From: Vicugna vicugna
Taxonomy: Eukaryota
DNA length: 64,000 nt
Assembly (NCBI GenBank): GCA_013265495.1
Contig: MU058790.1
Coordinates: 1 to 64,000 of the forward strand
Direction: 5' to 3'
Program-made: the position numbers and the translations under genes
Notes under the pieces: generated by a model
Database searches by the model: none
What the model saw: only the letters and a program-made list of their open reading frames with translations
Told to the model about the DNA's origin: nothing
In this document: one piece after another, positions 52,957-64,000 of the stretch
Layout: each line of letters starts with the position of its first letter
Numbering within the stretch: the first letter of the stretch is position 1

Positions 52957-53965
52957 GTAAGTTCACTGAGATGTCTGAGATTGCAAAGAAAACATGGAAC
53001 CGGAGAGTCCCCTCTATTTTTTTTTTTTTAGATTTAAAATAAGAGGTTGGCCTTTATGGGGAGATTAGGTCGTTATTGGATATGTTGTATTTTTTATATG
53101 AGTTCTGTTAAAAAATATTCACCACTCTCTCTGCCATCTCAACATTAGGATTTATTCTTTCAGGTCTTAAAACTTTTTTATCTTAGGCTCTTCTGATAAA
53201 ATCCCAGTGTCTTCACCCTTTTCCACACGTTTTCATATCAAAATTCTTTGTTAATCCACATATGAGAGCTTTTATTCATTCTTTTTTTTCAGCATGTACC
53301 AATCAAACTTTATTTAGAGACACTGAAATATGAATTTCATATCATTCATTCACTTAAAAAAATTCTTGGTAGAACATGTAGATTCATGGTTTTCTTGCAG
53401 TAACCCTATGAGGGCCACAGCCTTTGAGAATCTCTTAAGATAGCCCTTATCAGCTAACAATTTTCTTTATTATCATTGTTTACATATATATATTTATATA
53501 TACACACACATAATGGTATTTGTGTGTTTATATGCATTGTATATTTTGTGCTATTATTATAATTATTAAGGTGTTGGTGTTGGTATAAGAAGCTGTATCT
53601 GGGACCCTTATCAAATCTTCACTAATTCACTTAATAAATAATTGATGTACCAGACAGTAGGCAAGCATGCATGCACAGTGGTGAACAAAAAAGGCTTTTA
53701 CTCTACTGTTAAGGAGTTTTCCCCTAGCCTGGGTAAAATAAGCTTAGGTTATAGGCATTCAACTGGGTTTCTCACCTCCTACTAGTAGGTCATGCGGGCT
53801 TTCTGTGCTGTGGCAAATGAAATGTTTCAAGAGTGAAATGTATGATAAAATCTTATTAGAAAGCAGCACTGTGTACTGGATTTGTGTACCAAACTGCTTG
53901 GATTTGACTCTTAACTCCACTACTTCCTGGCTTGGTGACCTTGAGCAAGATTTTAAAGCAATGTA

Positions 53966-54091
53966 GAGGGTGGAGGGTATAGCTCAGTGGTAGAGCGCGT
54001 GCTCAGCATGCACAAGGTCCTGGGTTCAATCCCCAGTACCTCCATTAAAAATTATAATTAAAGAACAAACCTAATTATCCCCCTCAAAAAC
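53966..54091 (+). mobile_element. tRNA-Ala-derived SINE (long-tail form) inserted in a MIR
   Basis: GGAGGGTATAGCTCAGTGGTAGAGCGCGTGCTCAGCATGCACAAGGTCCTGGGTTCAATCCCCAGTACCTCCA plus AAACCTAATTATCCCCC tail; TAAAGCAA repeated at 53954-53961 and 54092-54099. Confidence 0.9.
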
Positions 54092-54766
54092 TAAAGCAAG
54101 TTATGCTCCAGTTTTTTCAAATGTAAGACGAGATGATGATAGTCCCTACATCATTGGATCAACGTAAGTATAAAGTACTTATAAAGCATTTAGGACAGTG
54201 CTTGGCGCCTATTAAGTCCAATGTTACTGCTTGTTAAACAAAGAATGCAATCTTTAAAAAGAGATTCATTCTTATGGCCATTGGTTTGTATTCAATAAAA
54301 TTTTGTCATCTCTCTCTGGAGTAATGTCAGAGTCAGGTGAATGGGCCAGCCAGAGGAATACATTACACGACTGTCTTCTTGTTTGGGTACAAATACATCA
54401 GTGGGGGAGAAAGAACAAGAGCATATCTAAATATTCTCAAGGACCAAGGTTATTCTGAGAATCTTAGGACTTGGCTGAGTCTTTAGACTCATGTAGTTCA
54501 CCATCTTCATTTTATAAACGAGGAAATTGAAACCAGAGAGGTTAAGTAACTTGGCTACAATCTCATAACTAGAGAGTTACTCACCCAGGAGAATTGCCTT
54601 GCCTGTCTGATCCTGAAGACCCAGTTCTTGTTTATAAGTATCCTGGGCCATTTCTAGGTCTCTGTGTAACTTATCGTAGGGTCAGGGGCTGTAGCCAGAA
54701 ACCCAACTTAAAAGAAAATCCTGCATACCCTTCACTCTCTTTCTTTCTCTTCTTTGCCGTCTTTAG

Positions 54767-54912
54767 CGATTCACACCATTGCACATCTATTTAATGTGGA
54801 GTGGTGTGTGAATGCCCGAGTCAACAATTCAGATCCTTATTCAATAGCACTCTCTGAGATTGGAGATAAGCCTGGCGAATCTTACCTCAATTTTGCACGA
54901 GACAGAATCAAG
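54767..54912 (+). CDS. CYBB: CYBB exon 5
   Basis: [57 protein letters not shown], 146 nt; His115 at 54772-54774. Confidence 0.97.
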
Positions 54913-54959
54913 GTAAGCCTCTTATATCCCATTTCCGATGTTCCCTAGGCCGTTACAAC

Positions 54960-55703
54960 TGAGGATTCGATTTCAGTGAGTGAAGAACTCAACTTCGTCA
55001 GAACACCAACAATGACAAAAGTTGACAAACTATCAGAGGGACAAGTCTACAGGTTCTAAGAATAGGGGCACAGAGAAAACATCTCCCACACTCCTGATCC
55101 CATATGTGGAGGGTCACCAGATGTTTTCCAATTTCTTAAGCTCACCTGTAAGAACGTGTCTACATGGAGCCTGGAGTAACTCAGGCTTACCTGTGACAAT
55201 GCCCAACAGTCAAAGAAAGCCAAGAACATAGTCCAGTCAGACAAAATTGGGTTTATCATTTATTGCAGCTAAGAGAACTCACACCATAAGGAAGTCTGGG
55301 GCATCTCAGGAGGGTGTTGAGAGAGGCTTGTTGTGGGACTTGGGCTTGTGTTAGATAATTTGGGAGGAGTTCCCGGAAGCAGGCATTTGCTCTGGGTCAG
55401 GTATGGTCAGGAACTGGGTCAGAATTCCAGCATTGGGTATCTTAGTAATTTTTTTTTAAGGCAGAAGAATGGGGTTAGATCTGTAATAGGCCAAGAAGCA
55501 GCAGTCACCCGTTTTTGTCTTGGCTCAGATATGACTTCAGAGTGGTCTTGTTTTTGTCTCACTCCATCACAGTCACAGAATGACCTTGTCTGATGTTAGT
55601 GTTCTATGAAGTTGTTTACGTGAAATAGGAAACCCTCCAGCCTAGGTGTTACTAGCAGGCCAGCCACCAGCTGACAGCGGTCCGTGATGCTTCTCCTTCT
55701 CGA
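54960..55703 (-). mobile_element. Probable ERV LTR remnant ~50 bp downstream of the exon 5 donor
   Basis: TTGGGTTTATCATTTATTGCAGC..GAGAACTCACACCAT..GGAAGCAGGCATTTGCTCTGG pattern typical of reverse ERV1 LTRs; termini uncertain. Confidence 0.45.
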
Positions 55704-56199
55704 CTACAACATCTCAGAGGTGGCCTGTATCTGCTAACTGCTCCGGGGGCAGCCATTTGGGGTTATCCACAGGCAAGAACTCCTTTCCAGCAGTCGAAGC
55801 TTTCTACGCTCAGAGAGAGAAGCTCTAAATCATCTTCATGTACCCCGTGGCTTGGGACGAGGGCCGTATCACACGACTATACACCGAGTTCCAAATGTGT
55901 TTCCTTGTCCAGTTAGAATAGATTACCAGAAAAGTCCCTTAATTTTGAAGGAATAATTATCCTCAGGCTGATATGAAAAACACTTGCCTAGTCTATTTAG
56001 GGACAGAATTGAACAGCATCGAACAAAATAAGAAATTCTTCTTCTATAATGTCTTGGATAAGTTTTCTTTTATGTTGTCCGTCGTTTGTACCATGACACA
56101 TAAGGGAGCCAGTGTGAACACATCAGGTGAGCTGACACTGCCGAGCCGTGCTCAGATCTCGTTGGATCCATTTGACTGTGTCTGGGCTCCCCGACCCCT

Positions 56200-56570
56200 C
56201 TGTGTGCTTTCACTTTCAATTTCCTGTATCCGTGGTTCCTCCTCAGAGAACTGCCCTGGGGCTATTGGAGTCCCTTTGCCCACAGGCTCAGAGATCTGAA
56301 AGGGCCTGGAGAGCTACCTCTCCCTGAGCGGCTCTTAACCAATAACTGATGGGTGCAGGCCATGGAAGCCCAACTCAGAAGTGTAGCTCACCCTCCACAG
56401 TTCCCTGCAGGACCAGGCTGAAGATCTGGCCTGAGATCATTCTCTTACTTGGCTCACTGCTCCTTCCTGTCCTAGTCACCGTTCCCTTACTAGTTTCTTC
56501 TGGAGGACAGTCTTTCTAAGTCACCTGCCCACGGCTCCTCACCCCAGGGTGAGGGATGAGCCTGAGACGT
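56200..56570. mobile_element. LTR16/LTR33-like remnant
   Basis: GGCTCTTAACCAATAACTGATGGGTGCAGG..AAGCCCAACTC..CAGGACCAGGCTGAAG. Confidence 0.45.
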
Positions 56571-56877
56571 TAGGCATGCCCAGAACACATTTACAAACTA
56601 AGCACTGTGGCACTTCTCCAAATCAAAGGGAGAAAGAGCTTCAGACCCTTTTAGGAGTTGACAAAGTTCCTTTATTTGATCCTCCCTTAGAACTAATTCT
56701 GTGTATCAATTCATGTTTCCTATGATACCTCAACCACTTTAAGACTTTTTAAAATTTGGAAATATCTATTCCAAGTCTATATCATTCTGTGGGGGAGTGG
56801 TTAGGGTGATCTAAAGGGGAACTGAAAATACCTATTGCCCTATACACTGGGCACTTTATAAATAGTTCTGCATTTGA

Positions 56878-57150
<273 letters not shown>

Positions 57151-58659
57151 TGAGTATTTAAACTCCAATGCCAAGTACATTGTGTCCCTCAGTTCCCAGG
57201 TGTGATGCCCTGTTAAAGTCACAGTGACCTCTTTTTCTGTGTGTGGTCAGCCTGCCTGCTAAGAGAATGGGAGGGGAAAACAGAAGTCACTTTGATAGAA
57301 ACCACTCAACGCCACTTTAGTTTCTGGTCCCGACTAATAGCTATTCATAGTGCACTTATTTAGAGCAAGTTTGAAGAATACACCAAAGTTTTGAATATCT
57401 TTGCAAGCCTATATAAAACATGTTGAGAGAGCTGGTAAGGTCCTGGATGTCTGAAAGTATGTTTCCTGTGGCTTAATCACTAGTAAATTAGACAAACTCC
57501 CAAACCAGAGAGCAGAATGATTAATCAAGTGAAAGAGTTTGCTGGAGTTCAGTGAGATTTGATTCAAGACAGTCGTTCATTGATTGCCTCTTGGGTATGA
57601 GGACCGATCTCAGGCTCTGTGGGGAATGCTAGAAGGAGAAACACATGGTTATGCCTTCAAGCATCCTAATATAATAAAGGTTAAGAGCTGGCTTCTGTTG
57701 AGCATTTGTTACAGACGTGAAAGATTTCTTTTAATCTCCAAAAGGTAGAGATGCTGTTACTATCCCCATTTTCTTGGGGGAAATCGTAGACAAGGAAACA
57801 GACTAAAAAAGTTAAAATATGTAGCCAAGCCACCCAGTTTATAAGTGGCATAGCTGGGATTGGAGCCCAGATGGGCTAAGGGAGGGGATGATAAAGGCTC
57901 TCATAGAGACACACGGTGCCTGGAGGTGTTGGGGGGAGCATTTGTCTCATTGTGACTCCTTTTTAATACCAGGCTTCCTTTTTCTACTGTTTCACACTAG
58001 CTGATTCTCCCACCTGCACGCAAAAGCAGGCCTGGGAAGTTCCCTGGTGGGTATGGTGCACCAGATAACTAAGGGTAGAGGAAGTAAGTGCTCAAGGTTC
58101 AGTGACTCTGCTCTGAGTCAAGTCAGCCTACAAGTGGCCGAGACCTGAGTGTGAAAACGGGAAGGGTGGGGAGAAGCAGCGTGTGGCAACCTCTCGTGTG
58201 CACTTTTGATGGACTCACTGACTCTGACCCCTGGTCAACTCTTTCTAAGCCCTGAAAAATGTGTGTAGTCAAAGGCTCTCTGGAGCTCTTCTAAAGCATT
58301 TGAGTATCTTTAAATGGGACTTGGTCCTAATCCAGTTGTTTCACGGAAAAAAGCAAACTGAATCTCTTCCACTTTCTAGTTTAGTAATTCTGCCACTTTA
58401 CATCTGTATAGCTTCCTAGATATGTGTTCTCTGGAGCAGGCAGAAGAGAGAGACTTACCCATTCTCCATTTGATGAATATCTGCCACTTATGCAGTCTCG
58501 TGGCTTGGAGCAGTTGAACTAGGGTTCAAATCTAGATTTTCTGACTTCTGGTCCTGGCGTTGAGAAGAGAAGGAGAAAATCTGTTGTTGTTTTTTTTTTT
58601 CTTTTTTTTTTTTCTCTTCTTCTATCACTTGCTCCCCCTGGGAACCTGGGCGTTAAGAA

Positions 58660-59072
58660 CTTTAATAGTTATTATTTGTTGGACTCTTACTTTGTGTCTG
58701 GGTTGTTTTTTTTTTAAATGCATCATTCCAGTTGATTACTACAGTAAACTTTTAGTGAGGTACTTATACCTATTTTCTAGCTGAAGAAACTGAGGTTCCA
58801 AAGAAGTTAAATAACTTGCCCAAGGCCACCAAACAAGTAAGGGGTGGACCTGGGATGTGAAACCAAGGCTGTCTGGCTTGGGTCCAGAATTGTTTTCACC
58901 AAATCATTCTGATTCTAGTTACCTAGTCTCTTTAAGCCTCGGTGTCCTCATATGTAAAATGAGGGTCCTAATACTTACATTTCAGGCTTGTTATAAGGAT
59001 GAATGGAGATAATTTGTGTTCAGGGCCTTTCCCCAGGGCTGGCACATAATAGATGCTCAACACATGGTAATT
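58660..59072. mobile_element. Two adjacent MIRs in opposite orientation
   Basis: GAAACTGAGGTTCCAAAGAAGTTAAATAACTTGCCCAAGGCCAC; GCCTCGGTGTCCTCATATGTAAAATGAGG..TGGCACATAATAGATGCTCAA. Confidence 0.72.
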
Positions 59073-59135
59073 CTCTTCCCCAAGACCTAGGGATAGAAAG
59101 CAATGGTTAACGACCTTGAATTAAAACATTCTCTG

Positions 59136-59220
59136 CGTATGCATGAATATGCGTGGCTGAGACATTGTGCTATACACCAGAAATTGACCCATTGTAACTG
59201 ACTATACTTCAATAAAAAAA
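59136..59220 (+). mobile_element. Very short L1 3' end insertion
   Basis: TGTGCTATACACCAGAAATTGAC..TGTAACTGACTATACTTCAATAAAAAAA; ATTCTCTG repeated at 59128-59135 and 59221-59228. Confidence 0.82.
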
Positions 59221-60098
59221 ATTCTCTGAATATACCAAACGGCACAAACTTTCACAAGGGGCTTGCTGGGTGTCTTCTTACATATTCTGAAGATCTTGCC
59301 ATTTATGTTCTTTGAGGTCAGGGACGTGACTTACTCAACATTGTGCCTCCCTCCCTTGGTTCCCACTAAACCTGCATTGTCTTGTATTTCAGTAGTTGCT
59401 CAATTAATATTTATTGAATTGAAGTGAATGGGCTCTGAGCACTTCAAGGGACATGCCATCAGTGTTGATGTCTGTGAGAATGTCATAATCTCTCCAAATT
59501 TAAATCATCTTAAGTGGATTTCAACCTTTTGGTTTAATTTAAACAATTTGGAAACAACAAATGAAGGTTTTGTACCAAGCCTCAGGGCTGCTCTGTATGA
59601 TTGTATGGGTTGTCGACTCTACAAGAGTGCCTGGCTAAAGGGATGAAATTAGCCCATGCTCTGCTGGCCAAGCCCTTTGCCTACAGGACTGTCCTCACAG
59701 AGGGGGCATCTTGTTCTAATTTGTACAAAGGGTATGGGCCAGCAGTCACTGTTAGATTAGAAGTTTTTGTTTTTGTTTGTTTACAGATGAAAATAATACT
59801 CAAAACAGAAGCATAAATGTTCCCTTGAAGAAAACATGTACTGATTATTCAAAATTTACTGTCTATACTGTCACATATAAATATCCTTTGTGCCACTGTA
59901 CATATTTGTTTTCTGTTGCTGAAGACCACATATTTTCTTTCCCTTCCTCTAATCTATTTGGAGGGGGCAATAGGATGTTACTTTTAAGTGAAAAGTACAC
60001 AACTCATATAAGAATACCTAAAATATGCCCAGAATCTCACAAAACTAAGAGCTTAATTTCTTGTTTCTAAATGATGTGGACTTACATTTCCTCCCCAG

Positions 60099-60228
60099 GC
60101 GAATTGTACGTCGGCAGACGTCAAGGAGTTTGTCGGAACACAAACCAGAACAATGTTATCAAAACATCTCACAATGGGGAAAAATAGACAAATGCCCAAT
60201 CCCAGAGTTCTCTGGAAGCCCTCCTATG
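60099..60228 (+). CDS. CYBB: CYBB exon 7
   Basis: [52 protein letters not shown], 130 nt. Confidence 0.96.
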
Positions 60229-62298
60229 GTAGGTACTGTTTGCTGTGGCTGTTATAGTTTCATGACTGACAGTCTTTAAACTGTGTCTAAGAAATACACA
60301 CAAATGTCATGGAGTCATCAATTACGAATATCACAGAACTGCTAAATTAAGTATCCAGTGTTTGTCTGCTATGCTTATTGTCCAAATTATTTCTTGAAAA
60401 GTAATCTTGAAATTGGTCTGTTATGAGCATCCTAATATAAAGCTTGGAAAAGAATTGTTTTTAAACTGCTTTGGGTTCAAGAAGTTCCATCTCTTCTCTT
60501 CTGGATGCGAGGGCCACAATAATACTCGTTCATGGTTTTCTGAGGGATTCCATCCTGGAAAGCTCAGATAATGACTTATAAGGAACCAGGAGCCTCTTCA
60601 GATACCAGGAAGTAAGGCTTTGAATGCAGCTTTGAAAGCTGGGAAGGAAACTTGTGAGGTGGCACATAGGGCCGCCATTAGGTATCAGGAGGTCCTGTCT
60701 ATGCGGCATGAAGGGGGCTGGAGCGCCAGGTTCATGCCAACACCCAATGGCACTGCATGGTAGAGCAGGGGTGTGGCAAGGATGACCAAGGGAAAAGATG
60801 CTGAAATATTCACCTTTCATTGAGAGCTCCTGCTGGGAACGCTGAAGGGCTCCATTTTGTATATGCTCAGTGTGTCTGCTCCAGAGTGAGAAGTGGGCCC
60901 TGTGATCTTCACACCTTTTCCTCCATTGACAAGCAATATGCTTGATTGGTTATTATGCTAGCCATTGGTATAAAACTCAGCAAAAATCAACATGTGTACA
61001 GGGCTTCTGGACAGGATTATTTTTCCCATAGGCACAATATAAGGTACAAGCAAATTTCCCATCCCATTTTCTCCTTCCTTTTTTCCTACTCTCCTAATAC
61101 AGGAGTACTCTTCCTCTAGAAAGAGCATGCTGTCTGAGGACTTAACATCTTTAAGCATCCTTGCTCATTAATGAAAGCAACCAGACACATCAGTGAACTG
61201 CATGCAGACATCGATAGAAAGGATTAAAAGTATTGCAGGTGCTCTTATGAGCTGGAGATGAGTTTCTGGGGATGTTAGAGGCAATGTCCGAGACCTGGCT
61301 CCATTTAAGGGGGCCCCGCGTGGTAACCAGGAAATGGATAGATGATGCCAGATTGTTTTAAAGACCTGCCCCATGAAAATAGAGGCCAGTAGCAGAGCAT
61401 TTATGACTTCTGGGCAGATTTTTGTTTAACTTTGGCTGGAGATAGGGACATATGGGTGTTTTCAACTTCCAACAATAAGTTTCTTTAAACATTTAATAGA
61501 AAGATCATATGTGAGGCTATAGGAAGCACTCTGTGATTTTTTTTCCTCCTTGGAATCCATTCTAGGATGTCATATTTTAGATTGCCTTCTAAAATTCTTT
61601 GCTACTTCAGATACTCAACTAGGAACCTAGCTGACTGAGTCCTAGGATGGATCTGTTTAGCCTAAATATTTTTATATAGCCAAAAATGCCACAGGGTAAT
61701 TCCAGTGTTTTGAAATACTGCAGATTCTGGCAGGAGGGGACTCTAAGAAATTGGAAAATCTTTGGGTCTGTCCCTGTTCAGCAAGTGCATTGTATAGCTC
61801 CTGGAAATTGCCAGGATATTGGGAAAATGGCTAAATTCTTGCATGAAGTTTCTCATCTTGCAAAAAAATTAAGCTTTGACTATGTGACTGAGAGAAAGTA
61901 ATTGCAAAGTTGCATTAAAAATATAATGTTGGTGAAATGCTATCCTTTAGAGAAATATTAATTCCGAAACCAGCCTTACTCTGCTGTAGGGTTATTGCAA
62001 CTACTATTGCGACAAGAGGAGGAAATCCCATTCTTGTGGGCAGTTCCTCTTGGGAAAGTTTCATACTGTAGATGCAGTTCCCCAATGTGGCCAAGGAGAA
62101 TGTTCATTTTTACTGGCTCAAAAATCTCTTTCAATTTTAGATATTTTCATGCATTCCTTTGTAGAAGAAATTGACTAATCTAATATCAACTATATAAACA
62201 AGCCGACAAAGATTAACTTGACTTCTAAAATGTTTTGTCCCATGAATCTTTAATTAGCTACCACCCTTAACACATCCTTTTTTCATTCTTTCCTCTGA

Positions 62299-62430
<132 letters not shown>

Positions 62431-63766
62431 TAACTATATCATGGCCAAGTCTGCCTAAGTTCTCTATATCATTGGTCAGACCTCTCTTTGGTTTCTTTTG
62501 GTTAAACTTAGGGCAGCGAGATGACCTACAGGTTGTGGCGTGTACCTACCTTGATAGTCAAATGATTGGGCCTTTTAATTGGGAAAACTAGAAGTTAACA
62601 TTCTCTGTAGAAAAATGAACCCAAGTGTTTTGTGTAAATAAATCTCCTGTATGTGTGTGTCTGTGTGTCTATCTCTGTGTGTGTGTGTATAGAGGGGTGG
62701 GGCGTCGAGTGATGATGGTGATTAGTTAAGAGTGAAGAAACAGAAGAGGTGAGTTCAAAGGGCATACATTGAGCCTTAAAATACTCAGATACCGAAAGAA
62801 CCAGGGAACCAAGGGTAGGTCTGATTGAGATTGAGATAGTTTCCCAGGTCCTCTATACCTCCTTTTCTGTGCTTTGTTTGTAATCGCAGAATATCAGAGT
62901 TAAAATGACCAAAGTCTCAAGCAAGCTAATAATTAAACTACATTTAGAATTGAGTCTGCTAACTCCAAATATATAGTAGTTTTTTTTTCCCCACGCGTCT
63001 ATGCTGCTTCTTACCACTAAATACATAGAAATGGAATCTCCTTGTTACAGTTTCAGGAAACATCAGGCATAAGTCTTTTTATCAAACAAAATTTAATTCA
63101 ATTCAATTCAGTTCAAAAAGTATTTAGCAAAAGCTTACCATGGATTGTTTTTGCAAAACACACAAGTTCCTCCTGTCCACCACCTTAGCTTTTCTTTCTT
63201 GGCCTCTATGGAAGGTCATAGTAAAGTTAGTCCAGCTGGCATTGGAAATCTTGAAATATAGGAAGCCACAACAGTTCTCCTTTTATGATATTTATATTGT
63301 ACTATGTGAAAAAGCCCACAGATCAGCAAAATAGCCACCACAAAATTTCCCTTACTAGGCTAGAACCAACTAACCAGGCAAGTATTTCCCTTATGCATAT
63401 TTCTAAGGGAAACTTGTTTTCTTGTGAAGAAAATAGATATTCATTTTCTTCTCATGTGAACACTCATAAGAGACAAGGTGCTATACAAAAGTATTCCGGT
63501 GACGATGCTGTCCACTAGTACATTGCATTCCCTTTTCTCCCAATTTTGCCTCTAGTAGCAAAATTATAATACGGTAAAAATTGTTTTCACCACACAAAAT
63601 TGTGACATGGTAAACATAATTTTCAAAGTAATTTTCATAAATTTTTATTTTCTGTCTTCAAAATGAAGCTTTACAACTCCTTCTTTCAGTGATGAAAGGA
63701 AGTTGATTATAGCCTTGTCATATAAGTTATATTTTTTATTGAAGTATAGTTAATTTACAGTGTTGT

Positions 63767-63924
63767 GGGGGTAGGTATAGCTCAGTGGTAGAGCACATGC
63801 TTAGCATGCAGGAGGTCATGGGTTCGATCCCCAGTACCTCCAGTTAAATTAAAAAAATAATAATAAAGAAACCTAATTACCTCCCTCCAAGAAAAAACCA
63901 ACCAACAAACAAAAGCAAAGAAAA
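63767..63924 (+). mobile_element. tRNA-Ala-derived SINE nested in a minus-strand L1 3' end (L1 from ~63732 to the window end)
   Basis: TATAGCTCAGTGGTAGAGCACATGCTTAGCATGCAGGAGGTCATGGGTTCGATCCCCAGTACCTCCA; TSD AATTTACA(G/A)TGTT at 63752-63764 and 63925-63937. Confidence 0.9.
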
Positions 63925-64000
63925 AATTTACAATGTTATTTTAGTTTCTCATAAATAGCAAAGTGATTGTTACATACATATATATTCTTTTTCATAGTAT

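Overview
Mammalian genomic DNA from the XK-CYBB interval, which is X-linked in placental mammals. It is not a prokaryotic accessory region. The + strand carries the last coding exon and long 3' UTR of XK (CDS 1862-2688). A ~38 kb repeat-rich intergenic stretch follows, then the promoter and coding exons 1-8 of CYBB (gp91phox/NOX2; ATG at 41157, continuing past the window end). All splice sites and the four heme-ligating histidines are intact. Five tRNA-Ala-derived SINEs with target-site duplications (TSDs) suggest a camelid. Almost all other ORF-track entries are chance ORFs or L1/L2 debris. I found no previously undescribed multi-gene system. The observations most worth following up are: a young solo LTR with clustered NR5A-type sites ~10.5 kb upstream of CYBB; a TSD-bounded L1 whose 5' UTR is fused directly to the ORF2 C-terminus; a duplicated ~235-bp module ending in AATAAA in CYBB intron 3; a (TG)n tract abutting the exon 6 acceptor; remodelled extracellular loops and sequons of NOX2; and candidate CTCF, kB, GAS and PU.1 elements. 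Repeat family names and human comparisons are from recall and need RepeatMasker or alignment checks.
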